This document shows, one piece after another, positions 38,164 to 48,537 of a DNA stretch of 64,000 nt. The DNA lies in the IMG/VR virus record IMGVR_UViG_3300013426_000018, positions 1 to 64,000 of that record. The stretch is one strand, 5' to 3'. Made by a program: the position numbers and the translations under genes. Within the stretch, counting starts at the first letter, position 1. Each line of letters begins with the position of its first letter. A model generated the notes under the pieces. It was not told the DNA's origin. It searched no databases and saw nothing but the letters and a program-made list of their open reading frames with translations. This DNA is from a virus (Duplodnaviria > Caudoviricetes).

Positions 38164-38335
38164 TGTGGCGGTTATGCCCGAAGGGGTTGCCTATAAGGTA
38201 GACGCAGCAGGACGAGCTATTATTCCTTCGCACTTACGCAAGAAGTTTGATATTGTTCCTGGGGATTTCTTGGAATATTATACGGCGTATGTGGACAATG
38301 AATGGGTATTAATCCTTCGCAAAGCTCAGGATTAA
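38144..38335 (+). CDS. AbrB/SpoVT-family DNA-binding protein
   Basis: KVDAAGRAIIPSHLRKKFDIVPGDFLE swapped-hairpin signature. Confidence 0.85.
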   Translation: MEMKLNDVAVMPEGVAYKVDAAGRAIIPSHLRKKFDIVPGDFLEYYTAYVDNEWVLILRKAQD

Positions 38336-38371
38336 TCATTCATTGTCTCAAAAATAGAGGAGGTTTTCGTC

Positions 38372-38515
38372 ATGCGAAAGAAAAGTGTGCCTAAGAATAT
38401 TATTAATGCTATTGTAAAGACCCAGACCAGGAAGAATACTATAGCTGCTAACGTAGCTATGTATGAATTCCTTTGGGGCAAGAAGCCTCCTAGAGGGGGA
38501 AAAAAGAAAGATTAA
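38372..38515 (+). CDS. Small basic hypothetical protein (47 aa)
   Basis: GAGGAGG RBS; followed by terminator GGAAGTC...GACTTCC-T run. Confidence 0.65.
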   Translation: MRKKSVPKNIINAIVKTQTRKNTIAANVAMYEFLWGKKPPRGGKKKD

Positions 38516-39281
38516 AAGGGGAAGTCTTAAATGACTTCCTTTTTTTTTAGCTTAGGATTTAAAGATTGAAATAATTCGTGATTCAGGATTAAAAGAAGAT
38601 TTGGTGATTTTTTAGGTCAGAGCAAACCATTTTAACAAAAAATCAAATTTTTTTCATGAAATATACCCCCCACCTAGACCAGAAAAAAATAGACACCTAT
38701 TGTCGTGATTTTCAAGCACCCCCTTACAGATGGTCTATTTCACCCCCTATATTTGCTCGGCTCAATGGCGACCGCATTGAGCCGAATTTTTGTTACATTT
38801 TGTAACCAGACAATTTTCCATCTATCATATGTCATGCTTCAACCTCTTGAAACTTCCCAAAACTCTTTGAGACATGTTAAATCTCTTCTTGTCTGATGAG
38901 TTAGTATAGACTAACTCCTACTTTCTCAGTAGGTTTATTCCTCTGTCTCATCGAGCATGTCCCTAATTCTTCAATATCCTTAGTTCACTAACTAACCAAT
39001 GGTTGCTTCGCAGGGATGCCAATCGATACTTTTTTATCGATATAAAACCTTATCGATATAATAATATCTAAAAAAATTTTTAATAAATTATCTATTGACA
39101 AATGGTTCATTGTATGATATAATAGTCTTGATACTCTTCTCTTACCTCTCTAGGCAAGACTCACGCAACACGCCGCACCCAATAGACAAAAAGATAAAAA
39201 ATATTTTCAGCAAAACACTTGACAAAGAACGTTTTATGTGTTATACTATAGTCACAAGATAAGTAAAGGAGATAACAACAT

Positions 39282-39641
39282 ATGAAATACACTACTAATC
39301 GTATTATGAACGTTCGCACCCTGAGAAAGCTTGCCAATAATGAAGGCGTGACCCTTCGGAACGGAAAAATCGTCACTTACAAAAGCGGTTGGCAGGTGGC
39401 CATTGCCGGCGTAAAATGTATGAGTGCAGAAGAAGCAATGCTCTTTGTGCGGAAGCTCAATAAAATTGCTCAGTCTCACGGCATTAAAAACGTTGGCATT
39501 TGGGTTGATAATGGTAACTATTATGTTGATATCTGCCGGAGAATCCCCACGAAAAAAGAAGCCGTAAAGATAGGCAAAGATAATGCACAGCTGTCTATTT
39601 ACTATTGGGGCAAACGTAAAGAGTCCCTTGAATGGTTGTAA
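39282..39641 (+). CDS. Hypothetical early protein
   Basis: Own promoter, AAGGAG RBS and terminator. Confidence 0.85.
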   Translation: MKYTTNRIMNVRTLRKLANNEGVTLRNGKIVTYKSGWQVAIAGVKCMSAEEAMLFVRKLNKIAQSHGIKNVGIWVDNGNYYVDICRRIPTKKEAVKIGKDNAQLSIYYWGKRKESLEWL

Positions 39642-39855
39642 GGGAAGGCAAAAGCCTTCCCTTTATTCGTTAAACTACGAAACTTCCCGAAATTGCATAA
39701 ACCAAGGCCTTCCCATATAATTATAACACATAGAAAGCGATTTGTCAAGTATAAAATATCCCAAAAATAAATATTTTTTTTGTATAAAATACTCTTGACA
39801 GAAGCATCTAAATATGCTATAATTAAGGTACAAAAAAGGAAAGGAAATAAAAAAT

Positions 39856-40062
39856 ATGTATTACAACGTTATCGCTACTTACAACATCAATGGAAAGCCT
39901 AGTGAATGCTTGGCAATGCACGACAATAAACAGGCGGTTTTCTTCACTAGAGAAGAAGCTGAAAAGAGATTAGCAGAGGTTAAAGCTCAAGGGTATGAAG
40001 CCCACATTGAAGAACAGAAAAAAGGTTCTGCTTGGTGGGATGATGACAACTGGATTGACTGA
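39856..40062 (+). CDS. Hypothetical early protein
   Basis: Own promoter and RBS. Confidence 0.8.
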   Translation: MYYNVIATYNINGKPSECLAMHDNKQAVFFTREEAEKRLAEVKAQGYEAHIEEQKKGSAWWDDDNWID

Positions 40063-40101
40063 GATATTGAATCTCAGCCCAAAAGAAAAGAAGTAAAAAA
40101 T

Positions 40102-40365
40102 ATGAAAAACTTTGTTAAAATTATTATCATCATTGCGGAAAAAGTTCTAACTGGACACGAAAAGGATGAAAGAACTGCAGTCACTCGTGTCGTAGACCTG
40201 CAAAATGGTGTGGCTACGTTCAAGACTTCCGATGAAAATTTATGGGAGTGGGACATTGAGCCGGGAGAAACTTTTGAAATGCGTTCTTGCTATCGAGTAA
40301 CTTTTGATACTTTGGGAACATCTTTTCTCCTGGATAATGCCATTATCAATATTGAAAGAGATTGA
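40102..40365 (+). CDS. Hypothetical early protein
   Basis: Track ORF followed by terminator. Confidence 0.7.
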   Translation: MKNFVKIIIIIAEKVLTGHEKDERTAVTRVVDLQNGVATFKTSDENLWEWDIEPGETFEMRSCYRVTFDTLGTSFLLDNAIINIERD

Positions 40366-40631
40366 AAAATCTCTTTCTTTTTTTTATCTTTTTTCGAAAA
40401 AAGGTCTTGACAAATGGCCAAAAGTGTGATAATATATAGTCACAAAGGGAAAGGAAAATCCCAAACACCAGAAAGGAAAAACTTATGTTTGACAATTCTT
40501 TCATCATCCCCGGCACTATGGACATTGATTTCTTCGTGGTTACTCCTGATGAACAGTTGGTAAAATGGGACATTTGAGGAAGCTTAAACTTCCTCAACAT
40601 GCCAAAAGAAGCAAATAAAGGAGAATAAAAT

Positions 40632-40781
40632 ATGCTGTACTATCATAATGAAATTACTGGAAGCTGGACTACTAACCATAAAGAGGCAGTTAGCTGGTAT
40701 AATAATGGCTATGCCGTAGAATTGAATAAGATTGACCCCGAAACAGGGGCACTTGAAAAATGCGCCGAATGGGTATGGTAG
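40632..40781 (+). CDS. Small early protein (49 aa) apparently ending in TAG
   Basis: AAGGAG RBS; TAG sits inside hairpin GGTAGGG...CCCTACC followed by a T-rich run. Confidence 0.65.
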   Translation: MLYYHNEITGSWTTNHKEAVSWYNNGYAVELNKIDPETGALEKCAEWVW

Positions 40782-42131
40782 GGCACAAACCCTACCCCCA
40801 TTTATATTTTTTCGTCATTTTGCACAATACCTCTGCGGCGGACACTGTATGTCACACATGGGCATCCTTCTACTGCGTACAAATGTTCAATTCGGAACAT
40901 ATTATCTCAATTCCCGAAACCTAGCTGTATTTCTCACACAGACATCTGTTCTCCCCCTATAGATACCATTGCCGCATTTTTTTTTGTGCAAAATGACGAA
41001 TGATATTGTAAAAATTTTTCTTGACTTTTTGAAAAATATTTGCTATAATGAAGATACAAGAAATGAGAAAGGAATTGATAATTATGACAATGTATGAAAT
41101 CACTTACCGCTATATGGAAGATGGTTCCAGAGATAAGGGTATCTTCTTTGAAGAGGAATGGGATGCTTTTCAAGAGGACAGCGCAGAGGCTGAATGCCCT
41201 GTCCAAGAAGTTTTCTGCAAGACCCTTACTCCCGAAGAATTTTGAAAACACGCTCAGGAAGTTGGCTATGAAGAATCCTATGCCATTGAAATTATGGCAA
41301 TCGCCACTTTAGGCTATGAAGAATGCTCCAAGTATGACAAAGTCAAAGACCTGTCAAGGCTTTTAAAAGAAAAAGGTATCATTTAACAAAAGGGGCTAAC
41401 AAGCCCCTTTTATCCAGAAGAGAGGATAAGATAATATGACAGATAGGGAACTTTTGGACATTCTTTTGTCCCACTTAGATTTTCAAAAAGTTATGGTCGA
41501 TCAAAAAAATTATGTTGAAATTCAAAACGGAACTTTTAATGACAATATTGAATTTGAATTTGACGAAGAAGGAAAAATAACTGGAATCTATTGCTAATAG
41601 GAGGTATGACCAAATGGAAACAGAACCCAATGGGCTTTCAATTTATAAATACAAGGAAGCCATGAAAAAAAACTTATGAAATTATCCGAAATGAAGTAAT
41701 GAAACATCCTTTTTCAATTGGGAGTTATCCAAAAGATAAAGAAGAGTATTTTTGGTATAATGTGAATGCCGCACATTTTAACTTTTATGATTCTTGCGGG
41801 ACTCGATAATGGGCTTCATTATTACTCCTAGATGGCAAACCTCAAAAAATTAAAAGATTATTGGGATATTCTTCTAATGGAAGGCCTTAAAATGATAAAA
41901 GATACTTAGGGCGAAAAATTTCGCCCTAATAATTTTTCGTTCCATTTTTCATTTCGGTTTACTTCTGGTTGCTTACCCTTTCATCCTCCCGCTGCGCCCC
42001 ACAGCGGGAGGATTTTCATTTTTATACAAGACTCACAAATTTTTAGATCGATTTTTGTGTATTCTACCAGTTGACTTCTTTCCTGAAATCGTATATAATG
42101 TTGGTACAACAAATGAAGGGAGCAAACAAAA

Positions 42132-42287
42132 ATGACAATGGAAGAATTAGCAATCGCATGGGCAGCATGGTTCGATATGTACGGAGCAACAGAAGAAAGC
42201 ATTAACAACTTCTGTAATATCTACGCAACAAGCTACGAAGAATATATGGCCATCTATGAGCTGTTGGCTGATGAGCTGGAAACCTAA
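42132..42287 (+). CDS. Small acidic early protein (51 aa)
   Basis: Own promoter and AGGGAG RBS. Confidence 0.65.
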   Translation: MTMEELAIAWAAWFDMYGATEESINNFCNIYATSYEEYMAIYELLADELET

Positions 42288-42577
42288 AAGGAGGACTAAA
42301 AAATGAAATCTTTCACTGATTGGTATAAAGATGTGAGCGGGGGACATGAACCCCCGCATGGGAATCGAGGACTAAGTTGCCCCATTGGGGCAACTTTTCT
42401 TTTCAGCTGCCCAAAATCGCACGCTTTTGGGCAGAATTTTAATTTATAGGCAGTTTCAACAATTTTCCCGGTCAAATTTGTATATTTTGCCAGTTGACAA
42501 ATCTCCCGAAACGCTGTATAATATGTTTACAAGGTAAGGGAAAAGCCCCTACCCCAATAGTAAAAGGAGAATGACTT

Positions 42578-42853
42578 ATGAAAACCATCAAGGAAATCAC
42601 CATCGAACAGATTGACTATGCCTACGAAACGCTTGAAAGAATCTCTCATATGGATAATATGGAATCAATCCATGACACCTTATGGCAAAATTTTAGTGGG
42701 CAAGCTGCTGGTGCGGCGATCACTGGGGCATCTATTCTGCGGGAAATGGACGATAATGCTTCCGCAAATGACGTGCTTGACCACTATAATCATGTGGTTG
42801 CCCCCAAATTTGAAAAGCTGTATAAAAAACTAGTAGGACTAGAGGAAGCCTAA
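42578..42853 (+). CDS. Hypothetical early protein
   Basis: Own promoter, AAGGAG RBS. Confidence 0.8.
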   Translation: MKTIKEITIEQIDYAYETLERISHMDNMESIHDTLWQNFSGQAAGAAITGASILREMDDNASANDVLDHYNHVVAPKFEKLYKKLVGLEEA

Positions 42854-43055
42854 CGGCTTCCTCACCAGAAGGAGAAAATAAAAAATGAGATTCTATTTCA
42901 ATGAGGATGAAAGCACCTGCAGAGAATATTTCGGTTGGTATGAGTGCGAAGTATCTGACGCAATAAAAGAAAAATTTAATGCTTGACAAAATTCCAAAAG
43001 TGTGATATACTAAAAACAGTTAAGGGGGGTAATCCTCCCCTAATAAAGAAAGGGC

Positions 43056-43400
43056 TTGATTAAAATGACTGTTGAAAAAACCCCCATCTCCTATCATGCA
43101 AGCACAGAACGCATTGAACGTTTAACTGCTTGTTTAACTACTCTTGGCTATAATAATTTTGTTCTCCAAGTGGAAGATAAGAAAAGAGGGAATGGAACTA
43201 CTCAATTTCTCACTGATACTGGAATCATTATTGTGCGGAATAGCAATAATGGAAATCTTGTTACTGGATATATGGCCACAATTGCCCAGGCTATTAAAAT
43301 GTATCGTGTGGCAGGATATCAGAAAATGCCTGATGGCATGTATCGGAAAGTCGTGCGGAACAACGAAAAGCATAAAGAATTATTAGATATTCAAAAATAG
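43056..43400 (+). CDS. Hypothetical early protein ending in TAG
   Basis: Own promoter; TAG immediately followed by the -35 of the next promoter. Confidence 0.75.
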   Translation: MIKMTVEKTPISYHASTERIERLTACLTTLGYNNFVLQVEDKKRGNGTTQFLTDTGIIIVRNSNNGNLVTGYMATIAQAIKMYRVAGYQKMPDGMYRKVVRNNEKHKELLDIQK

Positions 43401-43462
43401 TTCTTGACTTTTCAAAAATTTTGTGCTATAATAATCATACAAAAGTTAAGGAGTTGTTAGCT

Positions 43463-43759
43463 ATGATTGATAATTTGAGTACTGTTATGGGAAGCTTATC
43501 CGGCCTGAATCTTGAAGAGCTTAACAAGGTTATTGAAGCCGCCCAGAAGCAAAAAGAAAAAGCAAAAATAGACCAAAAATGTGCGGCCGCTGCCAATTTG
43601 ATAGAAGCTTTTAATGCTTATAAGAAAGCTACCGGAGAAAATGAAATCATTCTTCAAGATTTCTATGATTGCGATTTTAATGGTAATGATCTTTGTGTTA
43701 GAATTGATGATCTTTACCTTGATAGTTATGGAAATATTTGTCAAAAAGTTCTCTATTAA
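43463..43759 (+). CDS. Hypothetical early protein
   Basis: AAGGAG RBS before ATG 43463. Confidence 0.75.
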   Translation: MIDNLSTVMGSLSGLNLEELNKVIEAAQKQKEKAKIDQKCAAAANLIEAFNAYKKATGENEIILQDFYDCDFNGNDLCVRIDDLYLDSYGNICQKVLY

Positions 43760-44239
43760 AATCTTTTTTTTGGTAAAATAATTTGTTTGGGGGAGAACTT
43801 ACAAGATAATTTTACCAAAAATTTTTAATAAAGTCAAATTCAGGGACGGTTTTCGCCCCTGATAAACAAAAGGAAGTGTTTCAAATGAAAAAGAAGAAAT
43901 CTCGTGAAATTTGGAAAAAGACGGGGGAAGAGTTACAGGACTATCTTTTGTTCCGCAAACGTGGCTCTCAGCTTACGAATCGCAAAACGTATAACAGACA
44001 GAGGGCTAAAAAAGAAGAAAAAGAATAATTTCATTTCATATTTGGGTAGCTCCACTTGAGCTGCCCAATGACGTACGTATTGGGCAGAGTTTAAAATACC
44101 CCTAGGGTTCACCATTTTTCAATTGGCAAAATACACAAATATAACGCCCATATTTATCCCAAAATTATGATATTCGCTGGCTTGACATAATAAAAAATTT
44201 GTGGTATAATTTAATTACAAAATAAAGGAGGAACACCTC

Positions 44240-44419
44240 ATGAAAAGATACTTCCGCAGAGTTAGACGTAATATTTGTCGGTGGATTGTTGGTTTTGACA
44301 ATTGCCCTTCCTGTTATCGCTCTAACCCTTGGCGTAGAATTATCTCTGGTATTACTTGTATGGGTATTACTTTTGGGGTTTTGGGTTTCTTCTTTGTTCT
44401 TGTTATTGTTTGTTCGTAA
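44240..44419 (+). CDS. Small membrane protein (59 aa)
   Basis: AAGGAGG RBS; hydrophobic C-terminus. Confidence 0.6.
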   Translation: MKRYFRRVRRNICRWIVGFDNCPSCYRSNPWRRIISGITCMGITFGVLGFFFVLVIVCS

Positions 44420-44432
44420 GGAGTTGTTCAAC

Positions 44433-44870
44433 ATGAGTAAAGTAAAATTTAAGAAGCCAAAAGACAAAAAGAAGTGTACCCACGGGTTTGGCCATATCCG
44501 CACAAAGAATTACGACTGTTTCTTTTTGTTTTTCCCTTTGATTCCTATTGCGTTGCTTCTGGATTGGCTCAATAATAAATATTGGAAAAGCCTTAAATGG
44601 AGCGACTGCACAGCGGAAAAAGTTCTTAATCATTATTTGCCTAAAATGGTAGAATATGATAAAGAAATGGATGGCTTTTTTATTAGGGCTGGTTGGGAAA
44701 AATATCGTTGTGTTCCTTTAGGATATCGCAAATGGTATCAAAAATTTAACACAGAACTTGTTGATTATTTAATAAAAGACTATTGTCCGGATGGGTATAT
44801 AAAAACCTTTGAAAATCTCGATGGATGGAATCCAACACTTTTTTTCAAAGAAATTAAAAAAAGTTCTTGA
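44433..44870 (+). CDS. Hypothetical protein with one hydrophobic segment
   Basis: AAGGAG RBS before ATG 44433. Confidence 0.7.
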   Translation: MSKVKFKKPKDKKKCTHGFGHIRTKNYDCFFLFFPLIPIALLLDWLNNKYWKSLKWSDCTAEKVLNHYLPKMVEYDKEMDGFFIRAGWEKYRCVPLGYRKWYQKFNTELVDYLIKDYCPDGYIKTFENLDGWNPTLFFKEIKKSS

Positions 44871-44951
44871 CAAACCGCCAAAAGTATGATACAATAAAAG
44901 CACAAAAAGGGGAGGGAAAACCTCCCCGGATATCAAAAGGAGTTGATATCA

Positions 44952-45422
44952 ATGATTAAGGAAATCGTATTTGATATGGATGGAAGTTTGAATTTGTTCT
45001 ATGATGTCCCTGGGTGGTTAGAAATGCTTAGAGCATACGACCCCACCCCCTATGAAGTGGCCGAACCTATGTGGGACATGGCTGTCCTTGCGGACGTCCT
45101 CAGAAAACTTCAGAGTCTTGGCATAGTCATTACAGTTGTGACTTGGCTTTCTAAAGGAAGCACTATAGAGTATGACAAAGCCGTACGAGCGGCAAAAAAG
45201 GAATGGCTGGAACGCTATGACTTCCCCTATGATCATTTTCATGGTGTCAAGTATGGAGCAACAAAGGCCGATAGCGTGCGGCGATACCTCAGTCCCGACG
45301 ATGAAGCCATTCTCTTTGATGATAACGCAAAAGTGCGTAAAGGTTGGCATCTTGGCGCAACATATGACCCTGTAAAGGAAAATATCATTGAGATTTTGAA
45401 AGAGCTGGCAAGGGGCATTTAA
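44952..45422 (+). CDS. HAD-superfamily phosphatase/5'-nucleotidase-like protein
   Basis: IVFDMDG motif I, VVTW motif II, K, ILFDDN motif IV. Confidence 0.85.
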   Translation: MIKEIVFDMDGSLNLFYDVPGWLEMLRAYDPTPYEVAEPMWDMAVLADVLRKLQSLGIVITVVTWLSKGSTIEYDKAVRAAKKEWLERYDFPYDHFHGVKYGATKADSVRRYLSPDDEAILFDDNAKVRKGWHLGATYDPVKENIIEILKELARGI

Positions 45423-45909
45423 TGTCTGCCGACAACTTTGAAGCTCCACAGATCATTTCTTACGATAATGAAGGCAACGCCATTGCTGACACTGTTTTTA
45501 GTCGCTGGATGAACTATTTAAAGGAGAGGGCATAAGCCCTCCCCTTTTGAGCTTGCCGATGTGGAACGTATCGGCAAGAATTTCCATTATATCACCTCCC
45601 CACTAAAAAATCAATGGGCAAAGTCAATAAAAATCTTTTTCACAATTTTCCCGAATTTGGTTATTCTACCAATAGACAAATAAGAAGCCTTATGGTATAA
45701 TACATAATGTCAAGAGGGAAAGACAACTGAGGTAAACCACAGCAAGCTAGTGGGAAGGGTTCAAATCCCGATTGAGGGCGCTCAAAAAAAAGTTGAAATT
45801 CCCTCTTGACAAAATAAAAAACCTGTGATATAATAAAGTCAAGAAATGAGGGAACGAACCCCGCAAGGGATTCGCAAGCCCCATTTAATATGAAAAGGAG
45901 ATTTTGACT

Positions 45910-46407
45910 ATGGAAATGTACACTGCCGCTTACAATGCTCTTAAGGAAAGCAACCCCGACTGCGAACTTCTGAAAGCTATGGAAGAAGAATGGGAACTTC
46001 AGTTGGCACTGGATAAAGCCATGAAGGCAGTTGCGTAGGCTAAGAAAAACACCCAGAAGGCAGAAGCAAACCATTATAAGGCCTGTTTCGATGCCGCGCG
46101 TGCGGAATTCGGCAACAGAACTTTCACTGCCGCAGAGCTGGAAGAGTTGGTAAACCATCGTATCAATAAGAACAGCGTGGCTTCTATGATTGCCTATGCT
46201 AAGACCCCTGAGCAGGTCAAGGTGTGGAGCAATAGAGAGAATCGTCGCACAGAAAAGCTTCTCCCCTCTGACATTAGAGATACTGGCAACTACAAGTATA
46301 CAGAAAGACATTTCCTACCTTGCGATGCTTCTGGTAAGCCCATTGAAGGAGCTGCCCCCATCACTATGCGGTCTAAGGGTGCTAAGCTGTATAAGTTTGG
46401 GGATTGA
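45910..46407 (+). CDS. Hypothetical, possibly winged-helix protein (165 aa, one in-frame TAG at 46036)
   Basis: AAGGAG RBS; in frame with track ORF 46147-46407. Confidence 0.7.
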
Positions 46408-46612
46408 GCGGGGGTTTTACCCCCGCTTCAAGGAGATAAAAAAACATGACTGAATTGACTATTTACATGGGCAATTCTGGATGAAGATTTTCAGAAGCTT
46501 CTTTCTCTGAAAAATAAATTTGAAAAAGCCCTTGACAAACGTTCCCAGATGTGATATAATAAGATTACAAAAAGAGAAGGAAACTCTTAAAAACCAGAAA
46601 GGAATTGATACT

Positions 46613-47011
46613 ATGACGAATTTCGAAAAGTTTACTTCCCTGGCTGAGTATTTCCGCACTGGCGTTCTGAATGGCGAGGACGAGGTTGTCCCTGGTTTCA
46701 CCTATGAGGAAGCCGCTCAACTGATGCAGAAGAATGCCGAAGCTCTGGCGAAGAAGGCTGGCAAGACCAGTGCTAAGAGTGAAGAGAAGAGAGAAGAGAA
46801 TGCGGCTCTGGCTGATGCCATCTTCTATCGTATGACCGCCGAGCCTAGCCGCAAGTTCACCCTGGACGAGATGGTAAAGGAGTTCCCCGAGTGCGCCAAC
46901 CTGACCACCGCAAAGGTGAGAGTTGCCATGAAGGGTCTGCTGGACAAGGACGCAGTTAAGACCGAGAAGGTCAAGGGGAAGGCCGTATTCTTTGTGAAGG
47001 TGGAGGCATAA
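46613..47011 (+). CDS. Winged-helix-like DNA-binding protein, paralog A
   Basis: FTLDEM...LTTAKVR...KVKGKAVF; own promoter. Confidence 0.7.
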   Translation: MTNFEKFTSLAEYFRTGVLNGEDEVVPGFTYEEAAQLMQKNAEALAKKAGKTSAKSEEKREENAALADAIFYRMTAEPSRKFTLDEMVKEFPECANLTTAKVRVAMKGLLDKDAVKTEKVKGKAVFFVKVEA

Positions 47012-47608
47012 AGCCTCCCCTTTCCCTGGAAAGGAACGATTGCCTATGATTGCGTAAATGTGACTATATAATTACTAAATAAATTCTAACATTGATGGAC
47101 TTGCTATGGAGGGTTGAATAGTATGCACTGGCGATAGCTAATATACAATAGATTTGAATAAATATACCCCCGGTTTTTCACCGGGGGATTTTTTTTCAGC
47201 TGCTCAACTCCGAGCGAATTGAGCAGAATTTCAATTATACCACACCCCTACCAATTTGTCAATAGGTAATTTGCACAAAAATTTTTACCCCTATTTTCCC
47301 GAAATGTGCGGCCAAGGCTCCCCCGCCTATTATACCACACTTTTGACCACTTGTCAATATCAAAAATAAACGAATTTAGTTCCTTTCTTTTGTGCAATAT
47401 TCCATCTTGTAAATCAGAAAAAAATATAGTATAATACAGGTGTTCCTTGAGAAAGGACGCTCCAAAAGCCACTTGAAAAAATTCAAAAACTTCTAAAAAA
47501 GTTCTTGACAAACAAAACAAGATGTGCTATAATAAGGGTGTTCCAAAGGAAGGAACAAAAAAAATTATTGACAAGGACAGTCGTTAAAACCAGAAGGGAA
47601 TTGATACT

Positions 47609-47986
47609 ATGGCTACTACTAACACTAAGAAGATTACTTCCGTTTCCGCTCTGACTTCTGCTATTGAGGCTCTGACTGGCACTACTTTCCCTGCTGAGAA
47701 GCTGGAAAAGCTGGAAAGCATCAAAGCTGCTTATGAGAAGAAGACTGAGAATGCCAAGAGTAAGTCTTCCGCTAAGAGTGCGGAGAACACTATTATGGGT
47801 GAGAAGATTGTCGCTGAGATGGAGCAGGGCACTAATTACACTCTGTCCGATATTGCGAAGTTCGATTGCCTGTCCGACATGGAGCTGACTACTGCCAAGG
47901 TGCGTGCTCTGATTGAAGCCCCTGTGAATGCTGGTACCCTGGAAAAGGGGTCTATTAAGGGTCGTATGTACTACTGGCTGGCTTAA
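47609..47986 (+). CDS. Winged-helix-like DNA-binding protein, paralog B
   Basis: YTLSDI...LTTAKVR...SIKGRMYY; near-identical RBS region to paralog A. Confidence 0.7.
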   Translation: MATTNTKKITSVSALTSAIEALTGTTFPAEKLEKLESIKAAYEKKTENAKSKSSAKSAENTIMGEKIVAEMEQGTNYTLSDIAKFDCLSDMELTTAKVRALIEAPVNAGTLEKGSIKGRMYYWLA

Positions 47987-48047
47987 GAAAAGGGGCTTTG
48001 CCCCTTTTCCCCATAGGGAAACGTCCCAGAAAGTAGGTGAATGAAAA

Positions 48048-48434
48048 TTGACCAAAAGCCAAGAAGCCCAGATTGAAGCGTGTCGCAAACTAGGCATGAC
48101 TGATGAAGAGATTCAGGGAATGCTTAACGATGATAAAGAAATTGACCGTTCTGGCATGAATACCAAGGTTTTCGATTGGGAACTTGACCCAGAAGCTCAT
48201 AAGAAAGCCGTTAAATATGCCAATAGTGACGAGAAGAAGAATAAGGGCGAAAAGAAAAAGCCCACACGCAAAGCGGATAACGTTAAGCGTGAAATTATTC
48301 AGCTTCTTTTTGATTGTATTGATGTAAACTATCCAGGGGCTATTATTGAGAATCCTGAGAAGTATGTCAAATTCACTATTGGGGAAGATGAATATACCAT
48401 TTCTCTGATTAAGCATCGCAAGCCAAAAGAGTAA
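48048..48434 (+). CDS. Hypothetical protein
   Basis: Track ORF, TTG start after AGGTG. Confidence 0.75.
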   Translation: MTKSQEAQIEACRKLGMTDEEIQGMLNDDKEIDRSGMNTKVFDWELDPEAHKKAVKYANSDEKKNKGEKKKPTRKADNVKREIIQLLFDCIDVNYPGAIIENPEKYVKFTIGEDEYTISLIKHRKPKE

Positions 48435-48537
48435 AGGAAAGTGATACTATGAATAAGGTGTAGGGGAACTAAGATTCCCCGCTTCAATAGAGAAAAGATG
48501 TTACCCTCTATTGAGATTTGAAAAGGATTGATATTAT

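Larger units (their letters stand above)
39095..47533 (+). promoter_or_regulatory. At least 14 near-consensus sigma-A promoters, roughly one per small gene
   Basis: TTGAC(A/T)-17-TATAAT/TATACT-like, with -35 at 39095, 39219, 39795, 40407, 41021, 42071, 42494, 42983, 43404, 44182, 44867, 45806, 46532, 47505. Confidence 0.85.

Noticed and set aside
41084-41386. In-frame TGA at 41243 as evidence of a second recoded stop
   Set aside because: Single case; TGA terminates many other genes normally, so a nonsense mutation or error is more likely
45715-45790. Canonical amber-suppressor tRNA
   Set aside because: Has a T-loop and a CTA triplet, but no 7-nt anticodon loop, D-arm or acceptor stem could be built; kept only as a tRNA-like finding
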